Shown: one piece after another, positions 36,961-49,480 of the stretch
Numbering within the stretch: position 1 is the stretch's first letter
How the letters are laid out: each line of letters starts with the position of its first letter
Assembly: GCF_964213995.1 (NCBI RefSeq)
Contig: NW_027591796.1
Location: 1-64,000, forward strand
DNA from: Mustelus asterias
Lineage: Eukaryota
Direction: 5' to 3'
Length of the DNA stretch: 64,000 nucleotides
Translations under genes and position numbers: made by a program
The notes under the pieces: generated by a model
The model's input: only the letters and a program-made list of their open reading frames with translations
Database searches by the model: none
Told to the model about the DNA's origin: nothing

Positions 36961-37273
36961 CCCAGCGCGAGGCATTGTGGGGGATGCGACCGCCATTACT
37001 CCTCTGGAGCCCAGTCTCCAAACTCCTGGGACTGGGATGAAAGGTGGAGGTGGGAGTGACTGCACCCAGAAACAAAGCACATGTGGGTAGTCACTAGATT
37101 ATATATTGATGCCCCATTAGCAAAACAGTTCGCCTTCAGGCATAAAGATTGAAATTTTGGGGTGAGACACTAGGGAGGGCAAGAGGTAGTCTGAAATTGG
37201 GGTGAGATACTAAGGAGGGCAAGAGGTAGTCTGAAATTGAAACCGAGAGTTAGCACATAAAGTGGAGAAGAGT

Positions 37274-37480
37274 TGATTTGATTTATTATTGTCACATGTA
37301 TTGGGATACAATGAAAAGTATTGCTTCTTGCACATTATAAAGACAAAACATATCGTTCATAGAGTACATGGGGAGAAGGAAAGGAGAAGGTGCAGAATGT
37401 AGTGCTACAGTCATAGCTAGGGCGTTGAGAAAGATTAATTTAAGACATGTTAGGTCCATTCAAAAGTCTAATTGCAGCAG
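37274..37480 (-). mobile_element. Rex1/Babar LINE 3' UTR fragment
   Basis: TTGATTTGATTTATTATTGTCACATG tail, antisense of 4200-4418. Confidence 0.75.
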
Positions 37481-37720
37481 GGAATTGAAAAAGAAAGCAG
37501 GAGGAGAAAAGGATGAATTCGTGGAACAATCAATGGGGAGGAAGGTGGGTGTGAGAGGACAGAGATTTATAGTTTGAATGGGACAAACATGCCTAATGAT
37601 AACCAGAATTTTCAGTTCTGATTTTGTATCCTGTACTTGATTACTTGATAACTTCAATCCTGCCATATACATTCATAATCTCTATCAGGTCAGCACTCAG
37701 CCTTGGCTTTTCCAGAGAAT

Positions 37721-38050
37721 AGGGTGGCATGGTGGGACAGTGGCTAGCATTGCTGCCTCACAGCACCAGGAACCCCAGGCCTTGGGTGAGTGTGGGATAT
37801 GCATGTTTGCCCCTTCTCTGTGTGGGTTTCCTCCAGGTCTCTAATTTCCTCCCACAGTCCAAAGATGTGTAGGTTAGTTGAATTGGCCATGGTGAATTGC
37901 CCCTTAGTGTCCAAAAATGTGTAGATTAGGGGGATTAGCAGGGTGAATACATGAAGCTATGGGGATAGGGCATGAGGTAGATGCATTGTCAGAGAGTCGG
38001 CGCAGACTCAATGGGCCTCCTTCTGCACTGTAGGGATTCTATGATTCTAC
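37721..38050 (+). mobile_element. HE1-like SINE (older)
   Basis: Head, core and GATTCTATGATTCTA tail. Confidence 0.8.
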
Positions 38051-38764
38051 GAAAACATTCCCAACCTGTTTCGTCTCTCCATTAACTTAAAAGCACTCTC
38101 AGTTCTGGTATCATTCTTGTGAATCTTTCTTGCATCATCTTGAGATTCTCTGTCAAGTTTAAAGGGCAGACAATTAAAATGTAGATTCAGTTTAACTTGG
38201 TTGCATGAGCCTAATTACTCAGTTCCAGATTGACTCAAAAACACTTCAGTTCAAAAGAGAGTTTACCATCAGGCAAGACAGGACCCTGAAATGGCAAATA
38301 ATAACAATGTTTATTTAAAAGAAAAAGATTTACCTGTGAAATACATGAGGAAGTTTCACCACCTCAATTGGGGGATCACCCCAGGTAAAAGTGTGAATGT
38401 TCCTGAGGTTCCTGAACTAACAGTAACTTCCCAAAATCCTGCCCCAGGGGCACTCAGTATCTCCACGAATAGAGCTCAACTTGTAAACACAAGATGGTTC
38501 TTGAAACAGACCTTTAACTCTTTAAGCAGCATTACCTCATCTCCAATACATACATAGAATCATAGAGTGCAGAAGAGGCCCTTCGGCCCATCGAGTCTGC
38601 ACCAATACACGAGAAACACCTGAACACCCATCTAATCACATCTACCAGCACTTGGCCCATAGCCAGCAATGTATATTAAGATCGCTGACACTTAGAGATG
38701 CTTTCACTGTGAAGTCATCAATTAATCCCGTCTTGTTGTATAATACCAGTGCGAGTGAAGCCTG

Positions 38765-39140
38765 CTTTCAAACGTACTCTTCCCAGAAACTATCCCCAAA
38801 ACATTCTATGAACTCCTCATCTACATGACCTTTGTTCATCTGCCTTTCCCAGTTTATCAGTAGATTAAAATCCCTCTTGATTATTGCTGTATCTTTACCA
38901 CAAGCTCCCATTACCTTTTCCTTTGTACTCTGTCCTACCGTGTCGTTACAATTAGAAAGCCTGTGCATCACTCCCACAAGTGAATTTTGCCTTTACCATT
39001 TCCCCATCTCAAACCAAACCACTCCATCATTCTGGTTCCTGACCTTAGGTATCCCTCTCTAATGTGCTAATACTGCCAATAATCAACAGAGACACCCTTC
39101 CACCGTTTCCCAGACTCCTGTCCCTCCTAAATGTCACAGA
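38765..39140 (-). mobile_element. CR1 endonuclease-domain fragment
   Basis: GVMHRLSN...IIKRDFNL.INWE...EEFIECFGDSF. Confidence 0.55.
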
Positions 39141-39773
39141 CACATATTTAGCTCACCACTGACTTCTCAGGGGCAATTAGTGGTGGGCAATAAATGCTGG
39201 GTGAGCCAATGACACCTACATCCCATGAATGAATAGAAACAAATTCAGGCCCCACTCTATGTCTCTCTAATGGTTATCAACTGATAATTCTTTCCTTATA
39301 TTTGTGCTGCTGTCAGTTCATCAGTTGTGTTTCAAAAGCTACGTGTGTTTAGATGCAGAGCCTTTAGTTTTGTCCCTTTAATATTTTTGTAGCGTCTAAC
39401 CACATCTACTGATGTAATCTATAATTTGCTCTTTCATTATCTTCCTGTCACAGTCTGTTTATCATTTCCCAAATTCTTACCTTTCTCTCATTCCTTACTC
39501 TTTCGTTTGCCAGATCTTCCAAAACATCAGAAAAGAACCAACAATGGAACAGTCGGTAACAGGACATCAATCAGTCTCCTCTTACCCTCGAGAAATCAAG
39601 GGCGCAAACGTGTGATTGACACAAAGTTGATATAATCTATATCCAGAATCTTAAACTCCAGTGCAGTTACAAGGATTATTAACTTCAACCGAAACAAACT
39701 CTAACTGTCAGAATGAGCATGGTTCAGTCTTGTGATTAACAGCAGCAATAACAGCAGAAACCAACTCCTGTAA

Positions 39774-40700
39774 TCATTTGTGAACTCGTTGGTGTTTCTG
39801 CAGGGTGTTCGCACGGGTGAATCCTTTCCCACACACTGAGCAGATGGATAATGTCTCCCTGGTGTGACTGTGCTGGTATTTCAGCCGGAGGGAATGCTGA
39901 GTGAATCGCTTCCCACACACACAGCAGATAAATGGTCTCTCTCCAGTGTGAACTCGCTGGTGAATCAGCAGATCCATTTTGCCTTTGAAGCTCTTCTCAC
40001 AGTCTGAACATTTAAAAGGTCTCGTGTCAGAGTGAACACGTTGGTGTGAAGTGAGTTGGGCAGACTGGGTGAATCCCTTCCCACACTCGGAGCAGGTGAA
40101 TGGTCTCACACCAGTGTGAATGCACTTGTGTCTCAGCAAGGTGGATGACTGAGTGAATCCCTTCCCACACACAGAGCAGGTGAATGGTCTCTCCCCAGTG
40201 TGAACTCGCTGGTGATCCAACATTTTGCATAACTGAGCGAATGCCGTCCCGCACTCAGGACAGGTGAATGGTTTCTCTCCAGTGTGAACTCGCCGGTGTT
40301 TCAGAAGGTGGGATAACTGAGTGAATCTCTTCCCACACTCAGTGCACATGAATGGTTTCTCTCCAGTGTGAATTCGCCGGTGTGCCTGCAGGCTGGATAA
40401 CTGAGTGACTCCCTTCCTGCACTCAGCACAGGCGAACCATCTCTCCCCAGTGTGAACTCGATGGTGTGTCAAAAGATAGTATTTGGTTTTAAAACTCTTC
40501 TCACAGTCAGAACATTTAAAAAGTCTCATGTCAGTGTGAACAAGTTGGTGTGCAGTGAGGTGGGTTAGTCGAGTGAATCCTTTCCCACATTCAGAACAAG
40601 TGAACGGCCTCTCCCCAGTGTGACTGCGTTGATGAGTTTCCAGTTCAGAAGGGTAACTGGATCCCTTTCCACAGTCCCCACATTTCAACTGTTTCTCCAT
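39774..40700 (-). CDS. Tandem C2H2 zinc-finger protein D (11 fingers, finger 10 H>Y)
   Basis: Kozak GCACCATGG; 308-aa ORF made of C2H2 repeats. Confidence 0.88.
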   Translation of the reverse strand: MEKQLKCGDCGKGSSYPSELETHQRSHTGERPFTCSECGKGFTRLTHLTAHQLVHTDMRLFKCSDCEKSFKTKYYLLTHHRVHTGERWFACAECRKGVTQLSSLQAHRRIHTGEKPFMCTECGKRFTQLSHLLKHRRVHTGEKPFTCPECGTAFAQLCKMLDHQRVHTGERPFTCSVCGKGFTQSSTLLRHKCIHTGVRPFTCSECGKGFTQSAQLTSHQRVHSDTRPFKCSDCEKSFKGKMDLLIHQRVHTGERPFICCVCGKRFTQHSLRLKYQHSHTRETLSICSVCGKGFTRANTLQKHQRVHK

Positions 40701-41149
40701 GGTGCAGGTGTCCTTGTGTCTCTCCAGGTTGGATAATCAGTTGAAGCCTCATCCACACACAGAACACGTGTATGGGTTCTCCTCGCTGCGAATGATGTGA
40801 TGTTTTTTCAGGCTGTGTAAGTGGTTAAACCTCTTTCCACAGTCAGTTCACTGGAACACTCTCACTCGGGTGTGTGTGTGTCTCGGTACTTTTCCAGTCA
40901 CACTGATGTTTGAAATCTTTTCCAACAGACAGAACAAACATCTCTCCTTCCACATTCAAATTCAAGTCCTGATGAATTAAATGACTGCAAAATCAGCCGA
41001 TAATTTCCTGTCTGCAAATCCTTTCCTTCTAATCCCCAGTAAAATATCTACAGTCACCCGTGATCTAACTGGTGTCTCAGATTTCACAGTAACTCCATTG
41101 CAATGTTAATGTAATCCTTACTTGTGACTAATAGATAAACTTTAAATTT

Positions 41150-41760
41150 TAAACATGAGATGACTGAGTACACCCTTTCCCATGTACAGGGCACGTGAAT
41201 GGTCCCTCACCATTAAGAACTCACTGGTTAATGAATGAATCTTTTCCCACACATAGGGCAAGTGAATGGCTTCACTCCAGCATGAGTGCACTGGTGTTCC
41301 TGCAGAATATTGTTGCTTTCAAAGCTATTCTCATAGTTACAAAATTTAAAGATCTCACATCAGTGTGACTCCGCTGGTGTCTACAGATTGGATAAATGAG
41401 AAAATCCCATCCCACACATGGTGCAGGTGAACAGTCTTTCCCCAGTGTGAGTGCGTCGATGAATTTCCACACAATTCCCACAGTCCCTGCACTGGAACAC
41501 TGTGTGTGTGTGAGTGTGTGTGGTGGTGGTGGTGGTGGTGAGGGGGGGGGGGGGGGGGGGGGAAGAGAGCTTGGTGCTTTTCCAGTTACACTGATGTTTG
41601 ATTTTTTTCCCCCACAGACAGAACACACAAACATTTCTCCTCCCACATTCAGAAGCCGATGGTATTCAGATCCTGATGAATTGAGTCATTGTCACATCTT
41701 GAAGTGATGCTTGATTTGAGTTTCCTGTCTGTCGATCCTCTACTTGTAACCCTGTAAATC
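41150..41760 (-). pseudogene. Degenerate ZNF paralog E with a (GT)n(GGT)n-polyG expansion
   Basis: [35 protein letters not shown] in shifting frames with stops. Confidence 0.75.
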
Positions 41761-42499
41761 CAGTTCATACAGGTCAGTCCAATTCAGAACAGATAATTCT
41801 AGTTTCTGGGGAATACTTATTTCTCTCTTGTTTCCCAAAGCTGCAAATTCCAATTCCACGCACTTTCCCTCAACTCATCACAATGGCTTCACAATTACCA
41901 ATACTGAGACTCGCATTGAATTCCAGATTATTAACTGAATTTAAATTCCACCAGCTATCCTGGTATGTTTTTAACCATTATCCCTGGAACATTATTCTGG
42001 TCCTCTGGATCACTGGTGTACTGCACCCCAATGGAGAATAGGAATGACCCAGAGCTGAATGGTTCCACTCAAGGGTCCGTAATATCCAGGTTCTGCTTGA
42101 TCAAGTGACTCTCTCAGATCTTGATGTCTTGTTAGATTTCAGTTTTCTGTGTGTAAATCCTCCCCTTTGAACTCCCTGTAAAAGGAAGTTCCAAAATCCA
42201 TCAGTGTGAGTGCAGGATAGAAATTCCCCCCATTCTCTCCTCCTGCTCCAGGGTCAGTAAAGTGAGTTAAAGATGATTCTCATTCACAAACCCATTGCTG
42301 CATTTCCTTCCTGAAGCCACATTTGTCCACTGGGTCCTGGCCCCGGGAGGAAGCGCTGCAGCTGCCGTTGTGTTGGGTGTTGAGGCGGTGCCGCTAGTTC
42401 CTTATTGGGGGGTGTTGAAGCCTCCACTGGATGTGTGGAGCCTCCCCTCCCACCCACCGCATGCCTCCGCTTATCCGCCTCCTTCCCGCCTGACGATCA

Positions 42500-43020
42500 G
42501 ACAAACAAGCGCCTGTCCCTGGGACATGAACCGCACTGCGCATGCTCAGCGTCACAATGCCCGGGGACTGATTGACGGCAGCTCCAGACCAATAGGGAAA
42601 GAGGGCGGGGCTGGAGGACCGAGCGGGAGCGGCTGGTCCTCCAACCAATCGGAGTGAATGAAGGGCGGGATCTTAAGCATGCGCAGTAGCGCAGTAATGG
42701 CGACGGACGGACGGTTTTTCATCGAATCCACAAACGGTAAAAGGAAAATTGCGGAACGTTGGAACAGTGGATCTGGTGGGTGGGTGAAGAGCTTTGTAAA
42801 CATGTTGTTCAGGCCCAACCCCAAAAAAGGATTTTATGTTTCGCGCCGAGAGGGGCTGCAAAGTCCAGTATTCGGCTCGGGTTAACGACCGCCATCTTTA
42901 TTGGGGGCAATGAGCAGCAGGGCTCATGCCGTCCGCCATCTTTGTAAGGGGCAAAGGTGTCAATGAGTGGGAGGAGCTTGTTCCCCATTGTTCAGAATGG
43001 AGCCAACTTGTCCATCAAAC
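42500..43020. promoter_or_regulatory. Duplicated CpG promoter cassette, copy 1
   Basis: NRF1 TGCGCATGC, CCAAT at about 42589 and 42646, GC boxes, YY1-like CGCCATCTTT near 42889 and 42934. Confidence 0.65.
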
Positions 43021-43129
43021 CTCTGACCCGGGTAATCTGACCCTGTTTTACACAGAGCCAGATGTTTAATTGATCAGGCAAAGTGGCAACATAACAAGGA
43101 AAGGTTGCAAATCCTGCTCTCCGGATCCC

Positions 43130-43345
43130 ATAACCTATAACACCCTGACACTGAAGGGCAATTTATCACGGCCAATCAACCTAACCCGCATCTTTGGAGT
43201 GTGGAAGGAAACCGGAGCACTTGGACGAAACCCACGCAGGCACGGGGAGAATGTGCAAACTCCACACAAACAGTGACACAAGCCAGGAGTCAAATCCAGG
43301 TCCCTGATGCTGTGAGGCAGCAGTGCTAACCACTGTGTCACGGTG
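43130..43345 (-). mobile_element. HE1-like SINE
   Basis: Antisense head and core. Confidence 0.75.
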
Positions 43346-44948
43346 ATACCCCTCCTTTTTGTGGCTATTATTCAAATTATGTAAGGCCTGTGCCACTCTT
43401 TGAGTGTGTGGTCACTGGTCAGAAGCTTGATTTGTTGTTTCAATAGCCCATTCATGTGTTCAATCAGGCCAGGTTCGGGGATGTGCAATACCCAATGTAT
43501 TCCATTCATTGACTCCTATGTGATACAAATGTCATCCCAAATTGATTTTTACACGGTGAGACCTTATTCCTTCGCACCTTATCACATTATTATTCTTGAT
43601 CACTCGAGCTCTGATTTTTCACTGGCCATGCTTGGGTAGGATTATAACCATTCATTAAAATCTATTCTCAGAGGTCTGGTTTTCAGTCCAGTGCTATTTG
43701 GAGTATACCGTCACTTCAGTGACTATCAGGTCACAAGTCCCTCACAGTTCTCATCACAAATTTGTGATAAAACAATTTAAACAATGCCTGAAAATGCTTC
43801 TTAACTTCTTAACCAACGACCTATCACTGTTTGTTGATTGGTCAGACCCCTCTTTGTGGATTCAGGTATCTCGGACACTGAACACCAGCCGGTCCTGGAA
43901 TAAGTTTAATTCTCACTCATTCTGAGTAAATATTCTCCCCAGATCCTCTGTCAGGACCCTGCTAAGCAGCTTTAATGGTCCGTGATTGCAGAAACTGAGC
44001 AGTCACAGGAATGTGGTCAAGATAGTCCAGTCCCATAATGCCTCACATTCAATCTGCTGTCCTTCAATTATAACAGAATATGTGGCTGTATGTAGCTGCC
44101 TCGGCCGTGGTCAACCCCAACACTGCCTTCCTGAACTGCTGCAATGCCTGAGATGTGAGTACACCCACAGTGCTGTTAGGGAGGGATTTCCAGCTACACA
44201 TTCCACACTTTCACTAGAATGTAAGTGGGTTCCCAGGTGATATATTTCATTAACTGCACCCAAGGTGAGTTATTCCAATTCCTTTATTGTCCAGGACAAT
44301 ATATTCACAATATCTTTAAAACAGAAATTAAACATTCCCATTTGATTTCAGGTATTAACATATTCTGTTAGTTTGTTCTTTATTGTCGATGTCAGGCTGG
44401 GGTTGTTCCCCATGGAGGAAAGGAGGTTGAGGGGAGATTTGATAGAGGTGGACAAGATTCTGACAGGGTTAGATAAGGTGGACAAAGAAAAGCTGTTCCC
44501 ATTAGCTGATGGGACAAGGACGAGGGGGACACAGATTTATGGTTTTGGGTCAGAGATGCAGGGGGGGATGTGAGGAAGAATATTTTGATGCAGCGAATGG
44601 TAATGACCTGGAACTCGTCTGCCTACGAGGGTGGAGGAAGTGGAGACAATAAACAATTACAAAGGAAATTGGATGGGCATTTGGGAGGTTTCAAACAGAA
44701 ATGCTGACTAAATATCTCTGAACTTCCTCACACCCTGTCACTCTGTGATCCTTGTGAAATCTGAAACCAGGTATTCGCAACAAGGCTCAAAGAGCATCAG
44801 CCCACTGGGGGCAAAGTTATGAGACCGGCCAGTCCAGCAGAAAGAAACCCTCCGACCCTCCCCATTGACCAACTGTGAGAATGAACAAAATACAGTCCTG
44901 GATGTAATTGAGAGCAGAAACAATAACAGCAGAATCCAACACCTGGAA

Positions 44949-45707
44949 TCACTCGTGAATTCGCTGGTGTCTCAACAGCTGGGATGAAAGACTGAATCTC
45001 TTCTCACACACAGAGCAGCTGAACGGCCTCTCCCCAGTGTGAATTCCCTGATGTGTCTGCAGGCTGGATAACCGAGAGAATCCCTTTCCACACACAGAGC
45101 AAGTGAACGGTTTCTCCCCAGTGTGAACTCGTTGGTGTCTCTGCTGGCTGGATGAATCACTGAACCGCTTCCCACACTGAGAGCAGGTGAACGGCCTCTC
45201 CCCAGTGTGAACTCGCTGGTGTGTCTGCAGGTGGGATAATCGACTGAATCCCTTCCCACACTGAGAGCAAGTGAACGGCCTCTCCCCAGTGTGAACTCGC
45301 TGGTGTGTCCGCAGGCAGAATAACCGAGAGAATCCCTTCCCACACTGAGAGCAAGTGAACAGCCTCTCCCCAGTGTGAACTCGCTCGTGTGTCCGCAGGC
45401 TGGATAGCTGAGTGAATCCCTCCCCACACTGAGAGCAGGTGAATGGCCTCTCTCCAGTGTGAACTCGCTCGTGTGTCCGCAGGCTGGATAGCTGAGTGAA
45501 TCCCTCCCCACACTGAGAGCAGGTGAATGGCCTCTCTCCAGTGTGAACTCGCTGGTGTTTCTGCAGGATGGATAATAGAGTGAATCCCTTCCCACACTGA
45601 GAGCAGGTGAATGGCCTCTCCCCAGTGTGGCTGCGCCGATGAGCTTCCAGCAGAGATGGGACTTTGTATCTCTTCCCACAGTCCGCACATTTCCATGGTT
45701 TCTCCAT
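44949..45707 (-). CDS. Tandem C2H2 zinc-finger protein F (9 fingers; fingers 3 and 4 are a recent 84-bp duplication)
   Basis: Kozak [21 protein letters not shown]...; [23 protein letters not shown] twice; acceptor at 46053. Confidence 0.88.
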   Translation of the reverse strand: MEKPWKCADCGKRYKVPSLLEAHRRSHTGERPFTCSQCGKGFTLLSILQKHQRVHTGERPFTCSQCGEGFTQLSSLRTHERVHTGERPFTCSQCGEGFTQLSSLRTHERVHTGERLFTCSQCGKGFSRLFCLRTHQRVHTGERPFTCSQCGKGFSRLSHLQTHQRVHTGERPFTCSQCGKRFSDSSSQQRHQRVHTGEKPFTCSVCGKGFSRLSSLQTHQGIHTGERPFSCSVCEKRFSLSSQLLRHQRIHE

Positions 45708-46807
45708 GGTGCACGTGTCCTTGCCTCTCTCTTGGGTGGACAATCAGTTGAAGCCTTGTCCACACACAGAACACGACTACGGTCGCTCCCTGCTGTGAAT
45801 GGTGTGATATTTATTCAGGCTGTGTAACTGGTTAAAGCTCTTTAGTCAGTGCATTGGAACACTCTCACTCGAGTGTGGCAGTGTGTTGGTGTTTTTCACA
45901 CTGATGTTTGAAATTTTTTCAAATTGACAGACTGGACAAACATTTCTCCTTCTGGATTCAAAGTCCGATGATATTCAGCTCCCAAGGAATATGACTCTGT
46001 CAGATCTAGACGTGACGTTTGAGATTTCAGCCTGTGATTCCTCTTTCAATGTCCTGTAAAACGAGTTTACAAAAGTCATCAGTGTCAGGACAGGATAGAA
46101 ATTCAGAACAGACAATTTTAGTTTCGATGGAACATTCTTTCCTCTCTCATTCCTCAAAAGCTATAAATCTCCATCCCACACACTCTCCCTCCATTCTCAA
46201 TCTGCTGTATCTAATATTCACCCTCCCAATTCTCCTGAAGGTGCTGATTGAGGCTGATTGACAGATCCATGCTCACTGCTTCCTGTCCACCACACACAAA
46301 TCATAAGAAACAGGAGCTGCAGTTGGCCATTCAGCCCATCGATTGAGAATTAGCTGATCTACCTCAGCACTATTTCTCGCACTATCCCCCAGGTTGCTCA
46401 ATGCCTCAAAAGTTATCAATCTCTCTCTTGAAAATACTTGATGGCTGAGGCTCCACAGTCCTCTGGAGTGCAGAATTCAAACATTTCACCACATCCTTGA
46501 GTGAGGAAATCCCTTCTCATCTTAACTTTCACTCAATTTTCCCACCTGTTCTCCATAATGCTTGACTCCTTTATCAATGTAAAATCTGTCTAACTCATCC
46601 TCGAATATATTCAATAACCCTCAGCTTCCACTGATCCCTGTGGAAGACAAATCCAAAGACCAATGACTCTAATAAGCACGAGATGAATGACTGAAAATAT
46701 ATAATTGACATGATTGACAGATCCATGCTCACTGCTTCTTTTCCTGGACAGTAAGAAGTCTCATAACACCAGGTTAAAATCCAACAGGTTTATTTGGTCG
46801 CAAACGC

Positions 46808-46842
46808 CACGAGCTTTCGGAGCGCTGCTCCTTCATCAGGTG
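46808..46842 (-). ncRNA. Minimal hammerhead ribozyme motif
   Basis: CAC-CUGAUGA-A-GGAGC(AGC)GCUCC-GAAA-GC-UC-GUG: perfect core, 5-bp stem II, CAC/GUG stem I. Confidence 0.75.
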
Positions 46843-47138
46843 AGTGAGGCACAAAGGTGAGTGGGAGTTGTGTTCACAAACAGGGCACAGAGACACAAAC
46901 TCAATTTACAAGATAATGGTTGGAATGCGAGTCTTTACAGGTAATCAAGTCTTAAAGGAACAGACAATGTGAGTGGAGAGAGGGTGAAGCACAGGTTAAA
47001 GAGATGTGTATTGTCTCCAGCCAGGACAGTTAGTGAGATTTTGCAAGCCCAGGCAAGTTGTGGGGGTTCATGTAAATATTTATTTTGTAAATTGAGTTTG
47101 TGTCTATATATGCCCTGTTTGTGAACACAACTTCCACT

Positions 47139-47173
47139 CACCTGACGAAGGAGCAGCGCTTCGAAAGCTAGTG
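47139..47173 (+). ncRNA. Minimal hammerhead ribozyme motif (inverted copy)
   Basis: CAC-CUGACGA-A-GGAGC(AGC)GCUUC-GAAA-GC-UA-GUG. Confidence 0.72.
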
Positions 47174-47526
47174 GTGTTTGCTACCAAATAAACTTGTAGG
47201 ACTTTAACCTGGTGTTGTGAGACTTCTTACTGTGTTTACCCCAGTCCAACGCTGGCATCTCCACATCATCCTTTCCTGGACACAGAGAGCTGAAAATCTT
47301 CCATCTCACAGCCACGTGAAAGTTTTACATTTGGACATAAATGAGCAGCCTGATGATGTGTGTAATACACTGCATGACCTGGTTACAGATTCATGAAGAA
47401 TGTGAGGAGAACTTTTATTTAGGCAGCGAGTGGTGAACTGGAAGTTATAAATTGAATCCCAGAATGAGAAAAGAAATGGAAAGGGGGATAAAAGAAAGTG
47501 TTTTACTCACAGATGTTGGCCTCTTT

Positions 47527-49480
47527 TAAGGGCAAACCAAACAAACAAACTCAAGTTAAATCAGGACAAAGTAAAAGGGGCAGCTCCCCAAAAGGAGGGG
47601 GGGAACAGCCCGAACAAAAATCAAAGTACAAAGGAAACTTAAAAACATCAAATCATAATGTGATTATCAGGGTCAATAACGCACCCCAACCCTTGCGGTG
47701 CCCAATGGGCACGGAAGGCGTCAACCGCGCCCGTGGACACCGCATGCTTCCTCTCCAGGGACACCCGGCCGCGAACGTAGCCGCGGTAGAGGGGAAGACA
47801 GTCAGGATGGACGGCCCCCTCGATCGCCCGCTGCCTGGACCGGTAAATGGCGCGTTTTGCCAGGCCCAGGAGCAGGTTCACGAGGAGGTCGCCATCCCGA
47901 CCATCCCCTCTCCGCACCGGGTGTCCGTATATCAGGAGCGTGGGACTGAAGTGCAAACAAAACATCAATAAAAGGTTCTTTAAGAAAACAAAAAGGGAGT
48001 GCAGCCTAAGACACAAAATATAGACATGATCCAAGGACTCCACAAGGCCACAGAAAGGGCAGTCTTCGGAGCCCGTGAACCAGTGAATCCTACGGTTGTG
48101 CGGAACTATGGGCGGCACGGTAGCACAGTGGTTAGCACTGCTGCTTCACAGCTCCAGGGTCCCGGGTTCGATTCCCGGCTCGGGTCACTGTCTGTGTGGA
48201 GTTTGCACATTCTCCTCGTGTCTGCGTGGGTTTCCTCCGGGTGCTCCGGTTTCTTCCCACAGTCCAAAGATGTGCGGGTTAGGTTGATTGGCCAGGTTAA
48301 AAAAATTGCCCCTTAGAGTCCTGGGATTAGCGGGTAAAATATGTGGGGGTCGGGCCTGGGTGGGATTGTGGTCAGTGCAGACTCGATGGGCCGAATGGCC
48401 TCCTTCTGCACTGTAGGATTTCTATGATTTCTATGAACTGCTGCATGCATCACCCTCCACCCCAGGTCCCCATCGTAACTGGGGGAGATCCCTCCGTAGA
48501 GGGACCTCCAGCGGGGACCTCCGCCGCCCGGCGGCAACAAGGCCCGCCAAGGTGTATCCAGGCGACAGGCGAGGAGGCGGTAGTGGAAGGTGTGCAGCAG
48601 CAGCCCGCACAGGAAACGCCTCCGCGTGGTAGAAAAAGGCACGGAGGACATTTCCGCGAGGCGGCTCAGGCTGTGGGGCACCTCACCCAGGGGAGGGGGC
48701 TGAGGTTTTGGGCCAATGTGGAATTCCGTCTGAACAGGGGAACGCTCGGGCGGGATCCCACCGCACGCCTGCGCCGTCTCAAGTTTGCGTGCAGTTTCGG
48801 GGCCGAGCACGACCGTCCTAAGGTCTAGGATGGCTTTGGCCGCGCGCCGGACGGTCGTCCCCGCGCGCTCAGCCAGCACGCGGGGACTCATCCAGCCCGC
48901 TCCTCCGCCATCGAGCACATCCCCGATTCTGGTCACCCTGGCGTCCACAGCCCTCCTCTCCGCCAGCCACCTGAAGTTATACGGCTGGAGGAGCGGATTC
49001 CTGAGCAGCGGCTCTCGCACGAGAGCCGCTACTCCTGACGGGGGGGAGCTGCGTCACGAGGCGACTGTGTTCCAGACAGTGAGGAGGTCCTGGTAAAAGA
49101 TGGGCAACTCCTGCAGGGCGGTCGAAGCATGCCCCAATTCGATATGCAGGAGCTGCACGTCATAATTGAGGCCGTGCCACTGGCGGAAGAAATATGTCGC
49201 CATGGCACACCATTGTGGAGGGGGCTCAACGTAAAGGTACCTCAGCAGAGCCTGGAGGCGGAAGGTCGCTATCTGAGTGCGGAGGCACACCAGACCTTGT
49301 CCGCCCTCCTCAAGCGGGAGATGCAGAACCGCAGCAGGGACCCAGTGCAGTCGATTGTCCCAGAAGAACCGCAGGAGGGTACTCTGGATATCGGCGACAA
49401 AGCCAGGGGGAGGGGTCAAAGGGACCAGCCGGTACCACAGCATGGAGGCGAGCAGCTGGTTTATGACGCAAACCCGCCCC
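47527..49480 (-). mobile_element. Tx1-clade (L1-like) LINE, 5'-truncated ORF2 C-terminus
   Basis: VINQLLASMLWY...FFWDNRLHWV...LPLEEGGQGLV, DLGWRVMHAAV, zinc knuckle CPFCGLVESLDHVYILC, NLLLGLAKRAIYRSR; CpG-rich, so probably young. Confidence 0.85.
48109..48435 (+). mobile_element. HE1-like SINE inserted in the Tx1 element
   Basis: Full head, core and tail; splits HAAV/PHNRR with a short GAACT duplication. Confidence 0.88.

Larger units (their letters stand above)
46749..47268. mobile_element. Penelope-like element with inverted terminal copy (fold-back) in the ZNF F intron
   Basis: Long inverted repeat between about 46749-46915 and 47080-47232; TSD about TTTCCTGGACA; same family as 827-989. 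Confidence 0.8.

Noticed and set aside
40701-40860. Selenocysteine zinc fingers (TGA aligned with Cys)
   Set aside because: Other TGAs fall at Arg/Gln positions (CpG decay), paralogs have TAG codons and frameshifts in the same region, and I saw no SECIS-like AUGA..AA..GA hairpin in the shared 3'UTR; a SECISearch run would settle it
44972-45774. Long overlapping alternative-frame ORFs in ZNF F
   Set aside because: Expected by-product of repetitive C2H2 codon usage
47518-47538. Histone 3' stem-loop-like GGCCTCTTTTAAGGGC
   Set aside because: Imperfect stem, formed at a Tx1/exon junction, and no histone ORF nearby
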